Shown one piece after another: positions 18,110 through 27,388 of a stretch of DNA of 64,000 nucleotides. The translations under genes and the position numbers were made by a program. Every line of letters starts with the position of its first letter. Positions within the stretch are counted from its first letter, which is position 1. Source of the stretch: Parcubacteria group bacterium Gr01-1014_8 (GTDB lineage: Bacteria > Patescibacteriota > Minisyncoccia > Phycocordibacterales > UBA2100). The DNA lies in the NCBI GenBank assembly GCA_007376385.1, contig VMGC01000002.1, positions 128,001 through 192,000 of the forward strand, in the 5' to 3' direction. The notes below the pieces were generated by a model. The model saw nothing but the letters and a program-made list of their open reading frames with translations. It was not told the DNA's origin and did not search any database.

Positions 18110-18679
18110 ATGCAATACGGAATTATTGGTCTCATTGTGCTGGCAGTTCTTGGGGGAGGTTTCTATGTTTTTCTAGGCTCATCGCAGGATACGGCAATGG
18201 TGGAGAAAGAAAAGATGGAGAAGGATGCAATGATGCAGCAAGAGGTAATGGAAATGGAAAAGAAAGCTACGATGGAAAAGGAAGCAATGGAAAAAGAAGT
18301 AATGATGAAGGAAGAGGCGATGAAAAAAGATGACTCGATGATGGAGAAAGGTGATGCAATGATGGCGCACGGAGGCACCTATGAGGCGTATGCTCCTGAA
18401 AAGATCTCATGGGCAAAAGATGGTGACGTTGTTCTATTTTTCCGCGCATCGTGGTGCCCAACCTGCAGGGCAGTTGATGCGGACATTCGCTCGCATCTCT
18501 CCTCAATACCTAAGGATCTAACCATTCTCGACGTGAATTACGATAACTCGTCAGCACTGAAACAAAAATACGGCGTGACCTACCAGCACACCTTTGTGCA
18601 AGTGGATGCTTCGGGAAATCAGATCACGAAATGGAGTGGAAGCCCAACTCTTGCGGCACTTGTTTCTAATGTAAAATAG
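18110..18679 (+). CDS. Thioredoxin-fold protein with N-terminal TM anchor and a Met/Glu/Lys-rich low-complexity linker
   Basis: WCPTC redox motif. About 60 aa of M-rich repeats (MEKEAMEKEVMMKEEAMKKDDSMMEKGDAMM). A 15-nt perfect palindrome ATAACGTAACGTTAT overlaps the ATG. Confidence 0.7.
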   Translation: MQYGIIGLIVLAVLGGGFYVFLGSSQDTAMVEKEKMEKDAMMQQEVMEMEKKATMEKEAMEKEVMMKEEAMKKDDSMMEKGDAMMAHGGTYEAYAPEKISWAKDGDVVLFFRASWCPTCRAVDADIRSHLSSIPKDLTILDVNYDNSSALKQKYGVTYQHTFVQVDASGNQITKWSGSPTLAALVSNVK

Positions 18680-18683
18680 AAAC

Positions 18684-20450
18684 ATGGTTTTGCTCATCCT
18701 CTCGTTCGTAGCAGGTGTACTAACAGTACTTGCACCTTGTATACTTCCGCTTCTGCCCGTCATCATTGGCGGCTCACTTGATCCGATGCGACACGTGCGT
18801 TTAAAGCATGCCACAACGGTTGTGCTTTCGCTCGGTGTTTCCGTTATTGTCTTTACGTTTCTTTTGAAAGTGAGCACTGCTCTTATATCTGTCCCGCCGC
18901 AGGTTTGGACGTATCTTTCGGGAGGCATTGTCTTTTTTTTCGGATTGACCTTACTTTTTCCCGGACTCTGGGAACATGTGCCGTTCATCGCAAAACTTAG
19001 CAGCCGTTCGAACCGGCTGGTTTCGACTGGCTATCAGAGGAAGAGTTTTTGGGGAGACATTTTGATAGGCGCAGCACTCGGACCGGTATTTGCGACGTGT
19101 TCTCCCACATATTTCATAGTTCTCGCGACAGTATTGCCGCAAAGTCCTGTCCTCGGCTTTGTGTATGTATTGGCGTACGTTCTCGGACTTTGTCTGATGT
19201 TGCTTCTTATCGGTATCGTCGGCCAGCGTCTTGCGGATAGCCTCGGATTTGCTTCTGATCCGCACGGAAGTTTCAAGCGCATACTTGGCGTCATATTCAT
19301 GATAGTCGGGCTCGTGATCATTATGGGCTTCGATAAGAAATTTCAGATCAAGCTATTGGAGTGGGGTATATTCGATATTACCAAAGTGGAGCAGCGGCTG
19401 TTGCAACTCACTGATCCGAATGCAAAAGGACTTGTTCCGAGCCAATCCATTGCCATTTTGGATGAAGAAATGCGCATCGCGCAGAAAGAGAGGCTGTACG
19501 AACGAGCGCCAGAAATTCAAAATCCCGCTGGCTATGTGAACACTGGCGGCAGACCTGTCACCATCGGTGAATTCCGCGGGAAAAAAGTCGTGCTTCTCGA
19601 CATTTGGACCTACAGCTGCATAAATTGCCAGAGAACCATTCCCTACCTTAAGGCATGGCACGAGACGTACAATGATCAAGGATTACAGATAATCGGTATA
19701 CATACGCCGGAATTTGCGTTCGAGAAGGACGCAAAGAATGTCGAATGGGCAGTTCGGCAATTCGGGATCACGTATCCAAGTGTTCTGGATAACGATTATG
19801 AGACGTGGAAAGCACTCGGTAATAATTACTGGCCGCGAAAATATCTCGTGGACATCGATGGGTTCATTGTATACGACCATATTGGTGAGGGAAATTACGA
19901 GGAAACTGAAGCAGCGATCCAGAGGGCTCTGCAGGAGAGGGCGATGGTGGTGGGTAGTGAAATGCCTGGTAAAAAGATCGTCGCGGAAGAGATCCCTCAA
20001 GCTGATCTATCGGGAGTGCGTTCGCCGGAAACGTATTTTGGAGCTTTGCGAAACGAGAGTTTAGCCAATGGTGATCCGCAGACCATCGGTGTTGAAACGT
20101 ATATACTGCCAGAAAATATCATAGGAAATGCGCTCTATCTGGAAGGGATATGGGATTTGACCCCGGAATACGCGGGATCGAAGGGAAGGACAAAGATAGT
20201 CTACAAATATAATTCGCGGGATGTATACCTTGTGGCGAGTAGCGACAAAGGAGTGAAAATAACTGTCCTTCGAGATGGGAAGCCCGTTGGCGAATTTGCG
20301 GGTGCAGATATTGACCAGACAACAAGCACCGGGACGATCAAAGAAAACAAGCTGTACAAATTGGTGCATGACGATGAGCCAGGACAACATCTACTTGAAA
20401 TAGTCATAGAAGGCGAGGGGGTAAAGGCGTACGCGTTCACATTCGGTTGA
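18684..20450 (+). CDS. DipZ-like disulfide reductase: CcdA/DsbD transmembrane domain, thioredoxin-like (TlpA/ResA) domain and a C-terminal beta-rich domain
   Basis: TM region with APC and ATCSP cysteines, then LLDIWTYSCINCQ (CxxC redoxin), then a ~190-aa C-terminal domain. Confidence 0.75.
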   Translation: MVLLILSFVAGVLTVLAPCILPLLPVIIGGSLDPMRHVRLKHATTVVLSLGVSVIVFTFLLKVSTALISVPPQVWTYLSGGIVFFFGLTLLFPGLWEHVPFIAKLSSRSNRLVSTGYQRKSFWGDILIGAALGPVFATCSPTYFIVLATVLPQSPVLGFVYVLAYVLGLCLMLLLIGIVGQRLADSLGFASDPHGSFKRILGVIFMIVGLVIIMGFDKKFQIKLLEWGIFDITKVEQRLLQLTDPNAKGLVPSQSIAILDEEMRIAQKERLYERAPEIQNPAGYVNTGGRPVTIGEFRGKKVVLLDIWTYSCINCQRTIPYLKAWHETYNDQGLQIIGIHTPEFAFEKDAKNVEWAVRQFGITYPSVLDNDYETWKALGNNYWPRKYLVDIDGFIVYDHIGEGNYEETEAAIQRALQERAMVVGSEMPGKKIVAEEIPQADLSGVRSPETYFGALRNESLANGDPQTIGVETYILPENIIGNALYLEGIWDLTPEYAGSKGRTKIVYKYNSRDVYLVASSDKGVKITVLRDGKPVGEFAGADIDQTTSTGTIKENKLYKLVHDDEPGQHLLEIVIEGEGVKAYAFTFG

Positions 20451-20508
20451 AAAAGTCTGCAGCGCGATCGAAAAAGTGTCTAGTTGAATATTGCTATAAT
20501 GAGTTCAC

Positions 20509-22464
20509 ATGGAATCCGCACGAGCCGAGAAAATACAAAAATCACAAGATGCCGATCTGTCAACTCAACCTGCAGCGGAACCTAAGTCAGTCGGAGATGA
20601 TCAATCTGGCATAGATACGGCTCGAAATGAGGAGGAAAGGAATCGTGAAGAACGAGTTCAGCGAGCCGAGACAATGTCCAAGATGTTGGATGTGTACGTG
20701 GCGAACAGAACTCCATCGTTAGTAGAGGAGGCCCTTAAAGGGATGCCAGAAACAGAGGTCGCTGTAAGAGAGGCGCGTGCGCAAGAAGTCAAAGAGCAGT
20801 CCGAAAGAATAAAGCAATTTTTCGTCAGTGTTGACGCTGGGAAAAGAGAGGAAACGCCGCTAACAAGAATGGCTCAAATTTATGAGTATCTTGATGCTCC
20901 GGAAAATCCTAGCGAACAAGCTGAATTTGAGACTGCGATGTCAGCTCATATGCAAGAATTAGTGGAACGTGCGTTTGATCAGCACCTAGACAACCCTGAG
21001 CAGTATGTGTCTCATGGATTCGATCATTCCCTCAACGTTGCCGATTATGCCAAAAATATAATTGATTTGAATGATGTAATTGTCGACCAGACCGCCCAGA
21101 AATACGGCATAAGTGCGAAGGAGGCAAAATTTATGCTGGAAAATGTTGCACTTTTTCACGACTGCGGCTACCCTCATGTTGGCGCAAAGGCAAAAGCTGT
21201 GCACGGCATTGCCGGTGCAGATCTTATCTCGACCCCGAAAATGCAGGGAATATTTCGGAATCTCATTAGGACCCCGGAGGCTAATTTGGACCTGCTTAGC
21301 CACGATCTGAGGGATTCAATACTTTTCCATTCAGCGGATAAAGTTGAGAATCAATTTTCAGCAAAAATACGGACTACACGCGGGACCTTTTTGTCGGAAG
21401 GTAGGGACGTGTATACGGTCATATCAACTTTTAATGATCCCTCGGAGAATCCGGTTGGAGTTGCGCGAGATATTTTGGAGATTGAGGTTGCTGATGAAGA
21501 AACAAAATTGGACATCGAAGCGCAACTTGCATTGGCGGCCGCTGATACAGCAAGAAAAACAGGTCTGCCACCCGAATCAATTCCGGTTACTGTAGGAGGC
21601 TCCCGATTTAAGGGCAGATACACAGATCTTGCGAGGGCGAAGGATAATCGTTTGGGTTTGGAGTACTCAGAAATCGATGCTTTGCAGACACCATTGCATG
21701 CGATCATTCGATTGGCAGACAATATGGACATGCGCCGCAATCGATTTTCTGCTGTACAGAGGGAGCCAGCGTTTCGTGCAACCTATCAAGCGTTTAGCGA
21801 TGGGGGACAGACGAGCAGAGCCCTTGTAACTTTAGAGGCCGAAAGTAAATTATTCAAAGGTCGCTTGGCAAGTGCGGGTTCAGAGACAGAAAAAGCTCAG
21901 CTTCTGGCAGACTCACCGCAGCTCGTTCAGTCGCAGTTTCAAGCGCTACTGGCGGAAAATCAAAACCTTGTAACAGTCACAACGGAAGAAATAGCGTCGT
22001 TGCAGCAACCTTCAGACGCGGAGAAACTTTGGAGAAAAGGCATAGCGGAACGGATCATCAACAGCGAAGATCAGGTGTTATCGCCGGAGAATAAAAGAAA
22101 AATAATGAGCATGGCTCTTGCGCAAGATTCACAGGGAATGCGGCATTTTGGCGGTTGCGAAGCGGTAACAGATGTCCGAATGGAACGTTTCGGTGAGCGC
22201 GGAGCTGAAGTTTCAATTGTCGTTGTTACAGCAGATAGGGGGCAATTTGAACAGCTCAATCGCACGCGTGTTCAGGATTCAAGCCTCGATAAAGAGGGGA
22301 ACGTCAGCACTGTCGAGCTTGGCATAGGTGAGTATCAAATTTGGCGCGCGCGTGAGGCTTACAAAAGTATCTCGGTTGGTGGGAAAAAGATCGGCATAAG
22401 GGTTCAGGACGAGAATGGCTTGGAACTCCAAACGACTTTTGAACAATTTAGAGAGGAGAAATAG
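20509..22464 (+). CDS. Hypothetical 651-aa protein with an HD-like motif series
   Basis: Acidic, disordered N-terminus, then SHGFDHS..LFHDCGYPH..AVHGIAG..FHSADK (an H...HD...H...H..D spacing). No TM segment. TATAAT lies 8 nt before the ATG, suggesting a near-leaderless transcript. Confidence 0.4.
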   Translation: MESARAEKIQKSQDADLSTQPAAEPKSVGDDQSGIDTARNEEERNREERVQRAETMSKMLDVYVANRTPSLVEEALKGMPETEVAVREARAQEVKEQSERIKQFFVSVDAGKREETPLTRMAQIYEYLDAPENPSEQAEFETAMSAHMQELVERAFDQHLDNPEQYVSHGFDHSLNVADYAKNIIDLNDVIVDQTAQKYGISAKEAKFMLENVALFHDCGYPHVGAKAKAVHGIAGADLISTPKMQGIFRNLIRTPEANLDLLSHDLRDSILFHSADKVENQFSAKIRTTRGTFLSEGRDVYTVISTFNDPSENPVGVARDILEIEVADEETKLDIEAQLALAAADTARKTGLPPESIPVTVGGSRFKGRYTDLARAKDNRLGLEYSEIDALQTPLHAIIRLADNMDMRRNRFSAVQREPAFRATYQAFSDGGQTSRALVTLEAESKLFKGRLASAGSETEKAQLLADSPQLVQSQFQALLAENQNLVTVTTEEIASLQQPSDAEKLWRKGIAERIINSEDQVLSPENKRKIMSMALAQDSQGMRHFGGCEAVTDVRMERFGERGAEVSIVVVTADRGQFEQLNRTRVQDSSLDKEGNVSTVELGIGEYQIWRAREAYKSISVGGKKIGIRVQDENGLELQTTFEQFREEK

Positions 22465-22479
22465 CGTACGCATAAAAGC

Positions 22480-23184
22480 ATGACCAACGAAGCAGATCAA
22501 AGTGGAAAGCATCACATGTCGGAGACGCCTGATTCTGTGCGTTGGAAACAAAGTCTCGCAGGCAAATTGTGTTCACGATTGGAAAAAATTGCAAAAGACA
22601 CAGGTAAAACATTCCGAATGCTCGGGGCAGGGTCATCTGTCGAGGTGTTTGAGTTTGGCGGGGAACGAGCGGAGTTAGTAAAGCACATGGAGAACAGTAC
22701 TGTTGGGGACGTAGGCGGTTCTATACGAAATTACGTAGAATCGTGGGACTACAAACGATTGCCTTGGTGGCGAGACGCACTCATGAGTGAACAGGCACCG
22801 TATGAGTTACTCGACATTCCCGTATCTCGCGCGGCGAGAGATGCCGGGGTTGAGAGGTGGCGAGAGCTTTTTATTCCCGCACAAGTTGTCAATACCTTTG
22901 ATCTTGTTACGCCTGACAATTGGAGAGAAGTGGAGGCAATGAAGGAATGGGTTCGATCTTCGATTACGAACATTCTAGGTCGTATCGTTCGTCCTGATTA
23001 CTCCGTCACATTCTTTGAGAACTCTTTGAGACTCGCGCCTCTCACAGAGGGGGCAATTCTAAGTAAAACAGTCGATAATGAAACATATAGCAGTTTGCTA
23101 AAAAAGATCGAGATCATCGCACCCGCGTTCGAACTGGAATATGCGCGTAAACGTGACAAGCGAAGCAAAACATCTACATCTTGA
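22480..23184 (+). CDS. Hypothetical protein, co-oriented with the HD-like protein
   Basis: ORF with a 15-nt gap after the upstream gene. No recognisable motifs. Confidence 0.4.
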   Translation: MTNEADQSGKHHMSETPDSVRWKQSLAGKLCSRLEKIAKDTGKTFRMLGAGSSVEVFEFGGERAELVKHMENSTVGDVGGSIRNYVESWDYKRLPWWRDALMSEQAPYELLDIPVSRAARDAGVERWRELFIPAQVVNTFDLVTPDNWREVEAMKEWVRSSITNILGRIVRPDYSVTFFENSLRLAPLTEGAILSKTVDNETYSSLLKKIEIIAPAFELEYARKRDKRSKTSTS

Positions 23185-23336
23185 ATGGCAAAAGATCCTA
23201 CGTTCTGTCCGAGTTTGCCGTTGCGTAAAAAAAGTCGGCGTGTTAGCTTGGTGCAATGACGCACATAACAGTCTCAGCACGCCGTCGCGCTGCTTCTACC
23301 TTGAGGCTGTTTGTCAGCGCTTAAACCTTAAACACT

Positions 23337-23372
23337 GACACGCGGCCTTAAGGAAAAGGTCGCGTGTTTTTT
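23337..23372 (+). terminator. Rho-independent terminator
   Basis: ACACGCGGCC..GGTCGCGTGT stem, followed by TTTTTTAAT. Confidence 0.7.
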
Positions 23373-23403
23373 AATTTAATTAATAATTTTTACAATAATT
23401 GCC

Positions 23404-24675
23404 ATGAAAACAGATAATACGTATAAAAAGATCTCATCATATGAGATAGAGCCTGGCGACGTTGATACCGTGCTTCTCCTCTATTCAGGGGGACTTGATA
23501 CGTCGGTGATGTTGAAATGGATACAAGACCACTACAAAGCAGATCTTGTGACTCTTACCCTGGATATCGGCCAGCAAAAGGACGATCTTGAAGCGATACG
23601 AAAGAAAGCACTGCGCCTGGGCGCAAAAAAGGCGATTGTTCTCGATGCGAAAAAAGAATTTGCAGATGAATTTATCGCTAAAGGGATCAAGGCGAATGCG
23701 TCGTATCAGGGCGAGTATCATCTTTCAACTCCTATCGGCAGAGCCGTAACCGCAAAAAAGGGTGTGGAAGTCGCAAAGAAATTGGGGATTACGTGCATTG
23801 CGCATGGGTGCACCGGAAAAGGCAACGATCAAGTCCGGTTTGAAGGATACATCTTAGCCCACGACCCGAATATGAAGGTCATTGCACCGGTCAGAGAGTG
23901 GAACATGGATAGGAACGAGGAGATAGAATACGCGCGAAAAAATAATATCCCTGTCCCGGCCAAAAAAGATTTTCCTTACTCCGTGGATGACAACATGTGG
24001 GGCATGACATGGGAAGGCGGAGAAGTCGAAGATCCTGCATCAGTGCCGAAAGTCGAGAAATTCCTTACCACGTACACATTGCCTGAAAAGGCGCCAAGCA
24101 CTCCGGAAAAGATAACGCTTGCCTTCAAGAATGGTTTGCCGACAAAACTGAACGGCAAGGCCATGCGCTTGTCAGACCTCATCATTAAACTCAATTCCAT
24201 CGGAGGCAGGCACGGTGTCGGAATTGCGTACATGATCGAGGACAGAATGGTCGGCGTGAAAGACAGGGGCGTCTATGAGCAGCCGGGCGGGCACCTGATT
24301 ATCGAGGCCCACAAAGCACTTGAAAGGTACGTATCAACACGCGACTTGAACGAACTCAAGTCGTCGCTCGACATCAAGTGGGGGTACCTTTGCTATGGCG
24401 CAAAATGGTATGACCCTTCCATGGATGCTATCAACGCGTTCAATGATTCGGTGAATGAAAAAGTTGAAGGCACAGTGACCTTAAAGTTACATAAGGGTTC
24501 CGTAACCGTTATCGCACTCACCTCGCCGTTCGGTCTAAAACACGCGTCGTTCAACAACACAGAAGGGTACAACTTCAATGTGAATGCGAGTGCAGGCTTC
24601 ACGGAAATATATACATTGCAAATGAAGATCGCTAATGACTTGGCAAGAAAACATGCAAGTAAGAAAAAGAAGTAG
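23404..24675 (+). CDS. argG: Argininosuccinate synthase
   Basis: VLLLYSGGLDTSV PP-loop and overall ArgG architecture. Confidence 0.9.
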   Translation: MKTDNTYKKISSYEIEPGDVDTVLLLYSGGLDTSVMLKWIQDHYKADLVTLTLDIGQQKDDLEAIRKKALRLGAKKAIVLDAKKEFADEFIAKGIKANASYQGEYHLSTPIGRAVTAKKGVEVAKKLGITCIAHGCTGKGNDQVRFEGYILAHDPNMKVIAPVREWNMDRNEEIEYARKNNIPVPAKKDFPYSVDDNMWGMTWEGGEVEDPASVPKVEKFLTTYTLPEKAPSTPEKITLAFKNGLPTKLNGKAMRLSDLIIKLNSIGGRHGVGIAYMIEDRMVGVKDRGVYEQPGGHLIIEAHKALERYVSTRDLNELKSSLDIKWGYLCYGAKWYDPSMDAINAFNDSVNEKVEGTVTLKLHKGSVTVIALTSPFGLKHASFNNTEGYNFNVNASAGFTEIYTLQMKIANDLARKHASKKKK

Positions 24676-24677
24676 GT

Positions 24678-25967
24678 ATGGCAAAGTTATGGCAAAAATC
24701 CGGTAAAAAACTGCATCCACTTGTAGAGAAATATACTGTCGCAACCGACGATGTATTCGATGTGCTGTTGATGCCGTTCGATATCACGGTGTGCAAGACG
24801 CATGCAAAAGGATTGAAACAGATAGGCATTTTGACAGCGAGGGAGCTTAAAAGTCTGCTTGATGCACTCGCTCAACTCGAGCAAGATTGCAAAGAAGGCG
24901 CAGTGCGGATCACGAAAGCGGACGAAGACAGCCATACAGTCATTGAGAATTATCTTGTGAAGAAGCTCGGCGCCGTGGGGAAGAAGATCCATACAGGACG
25001 GAGCCGGAACGAAGTTATTGTCGCAATGCGGTTGTATATGAAGGATGCGCTTGGTCAGTCGAGAAAGCAGTGTCTCCATCTTGCAAGGGAATTTCTTGAC
25101 ATGGCGGATGAACACAAAAACATTCCTATGGCAGGATATTCGCACACGCAGCAGGCGATGCTTTCAAGTATCGGTCATTATTTTTCCGCTTTTGCGGAAA
25201 GTATGTTGGATGATTCAGACGTGCTTCATCTCGCGAAAATGCACCTCGATAAAAGTCCGCTTGGTTCGGCTGCCGGATTCGGTGTTTCTTTGCCGCTTGA
25301 TCGCGTCTATACGGCAAAAGAGCTAGGCTTTGGCAGTATCCAGATAAATTCACTGTATTGCCAAAACTCGCGCGGCAAGTTCGAGAGCCTGTACATGGAA
25401 GCTCTGGCGCAGGTCATGCTTACATTGGGAAGATTTGCAAACGATATGCTGCTCTTTACCTCGCAGGAATTCGATTTTTTCTTGATAGATGACTCGCTTG
25501 TGACAGGCTCAAGCATCATGCCGCATAAGCGAAATCTAGATGCCATGGAAATACTGCGAGGAAATGTGAGCGTGGTCATTGCAAATCAGCTCATGGTAAA
25601 AGATATCGCAAAAAACTTGCTATCCGGATACAACCGGGACGGACAGCTCATGAAAAAACCGATCTTTGAGTCAACACAGATAGTCTTGGACTCACTAAAG
25701 ATCGTAGAGCTCATATTGAAGGGGCTTACCCCAAAGACGGATCGTATCATCGCCAATATCCGCATGGGTATCTTTACCGCGGATATTGCGAATGACCTGG
25801 TTTCAAAAAAGGGTGTCCCATTTCGAGACGCGTATAGACAAGCTGCAGATACAGATGTCGGAAACATAAACCTCATGGCGAACATCGCCTCAAAAAAGAG
25901 CCTAGGTGCTCCAGGCAATCTTGGATTGAAACTGCTTCGAAAGCGAGTTAGTAAGTTATCGATATGA
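24678..25967 (+). CDS. argH: Argininosuccinate lyase
   Basis: Fumarate-lyase signature GSSIMPHKRNLD. Confidence 0.9.
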   Translation: MAKLWQKSGKKLHPLVEKYTVATDDVFDVLLMPFDITVCKTHAKGLKQIGILTARELKSLLDALAQLEQDCKEGAVRITKADEDSHTVIENYLVKKLGAVGKKIHTGRSRNEVIVAMRLYMKDALGQSRKQCLHLAREFLDMADEHKNIPMAGYSHTQQAMLSSIGHYFSAFAESMLDDSDVLHLAKMHLDKSPLGSAAGFGVSLPLDRVYTAKELGFGSIQINSLYCQNSRGKFESLYMEALAQVMLTLGRFANDMLLFTSQEFDFFLIDDSLVTGSSIMPHKRNLDAMEILRGNVSVVIANQLMVKDIAKNLLSGYNRDGQLMKKPIFESTQIVLDSLKIVELILKGLTPKTDRIIANIRMGIFTADIANDLVSKKGVPFRDAYRQAADTDVGNINLMANIASKKSLGAPGNLGLKLLRKRVSKLSI

Positions 25968-26890
25968 AGCACGTACTTTCAATTGCAGATCTAACATCCA
26001 AGGAAATTACAGAAATACTGAACCTCGCAAAGAAATTGAAGTCAGAGTTGAAGAAAAAGGGAGCAAATTCACCTCTGTTCAAGAATAAAACACTGGTCAT
26101 GATCTTCGAGAAGCCAAGTCTTCGTACACGGCTTTCGTTCGAGATAGGTATGACACAGCTGGGCGGGCATGCTGTCTATCTGGCTCCGAGCGATATCGGG
26201 CTAGGAAAACGCGAATCGATCGCCGATGCGTCGAAAGTCATATCTCGGATGGGTGACATCATCATGGCGCGTGTATTTTCGCATGAGAACGTGAGGGAAA
26301 TGGCCGCGCACTCCTCTGTGCCTGTGATAAACGCACTGTCTGACCTTGAACATCCATGCCAATCTCTCGCGGACGTAATGACGATGTGGGAACACAAGCG
26401 TTACCTCAAGGGGCTGAAAGTCGCATTCATCGGGGATGGTGAGAACAACGTCACGCACTCGCTGGCGCTCATCTCGGGGCTTCTTGGGATGCATTTTGTA
26501 ACCGCATCGCCCAAAGGGTATTGGATGAACAAGGGCATCGTTGCTCAGGCAAAAAAGTTTGCAGCAAAAAGTGGAGGTTCTATTTCTGAAACCACCAAGC
26601 CTGAAGTCGCAGCCAAAAATGCAGATGTGGTCTACACGGATACATGGGTGAGCATGGGAGACGAGGCAGGAAAGGAACAAAGACTTAAGATCTTTCGCCC
26701 ATATCGAGTGACTAAAAGGCTTATGAGTCTGGCAAAGAAGGATGCCCTCTTTATGCACGACCTCCCCGCGTACCGTGACAATGAAGTTGAGGCGGACGTT
26801 ATCGATGGTCCGAAGTCAGTTGTGTTCCAACAAGCGGAAAATAGGTTGCACGTCCAAAAGGCTATACTAGTGCGTTCATTGCAGAAATGA
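25964..26890 (+). CDS. argF: Ornithine carbamoyltransferase
   Basis: SLRTRLSFE carbamoyl-phosphate motif, HPCQSLAD, and a DxxxSMG-like region. Confidence 0.85.
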   Translation: MKHVLSIADLTSKEITEILNLAKKLKSELKKKGANSPLFKNKTLVMIFEKPSLRTRLSFEIGMTQLGGHAVYLAPSDIGLGKRESIADASKVISRMGDIIMARVFSHENVREMAAHSSVPVINALSDLEHPCQSLADVMTMWEHKRYLKGLKVAFIGDGENNVTHSLALISGLLGMHFVTASPKGYWMNKGIVAQAKKFAAKSGGSISETTKPEVAAKNADVVYTDTWVSMGDEAGKEQRLKIFRPYRVTKRLMSLAKKDALFMHDLPAYRDNEVEADVIDGPKSVVFQQAENRLHVQKAILVRSLQK

Positions 26891-26925
26891 CGCTTTGTCG
26901 TAATGCGCGATGATAGAATATCGGT

Positions 26926-27348
26926 ATGTCGAGCCAAGAAAAATCGCTTCGCGTTCAAAATATAGAGATCAGAAAAGAGTGGCTAGAAGATCCAAAAAAT
27001 CTTGCTACCCTACTGCAACGATGGCACAAAAAAGCGCTATCGGATGGCAATGAGGAGATGAAACGAGAACTTGAGCAAATACTCACAGTTATAAATGACA
27101 TGAAAAATCCCAGTTCGCACAACTACCCCATGTTTAGGCGATGGGAAGGCTGGGTGGGCGGGAAGCTTGGCATAGATGCTGATCCTGCAAGTCCGGCTGC
27201 TTTCATCGCAGCGGTGAAAGCGGCTGATGGCCGCCAACCCAACGCTTGGTCGTATATACCTGGTTTTGTTACTTCCACTCGAACTCTTTTGCAATCTATT
27301 TTCGAGCAAGAAGGCCTTCTCAACGCAAAGATTGATCTTAGAAAGTGA
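26926..27348 (+). CDS. Hypothetical protein
   Basis: ORF with no recognisable motifs. Confidence 0.3.
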   Translation: MSSQEKSLRVQNIEIRKEWLEDPKNLATLLQRWHKKALSDGNEEMKRELEQILTVINDMKNPSSHNYPMFRRWEGWVGGKLGIDADPASPAAFIAAVKAADGRQPNAWSYIPGFVTSTRTLLQSIFEQEGLLNAKIDLRK

Positions 27349-27388
27349 GTATTTGGAATGATCGAATGAGAGCCTCTCGACAAAAAAG

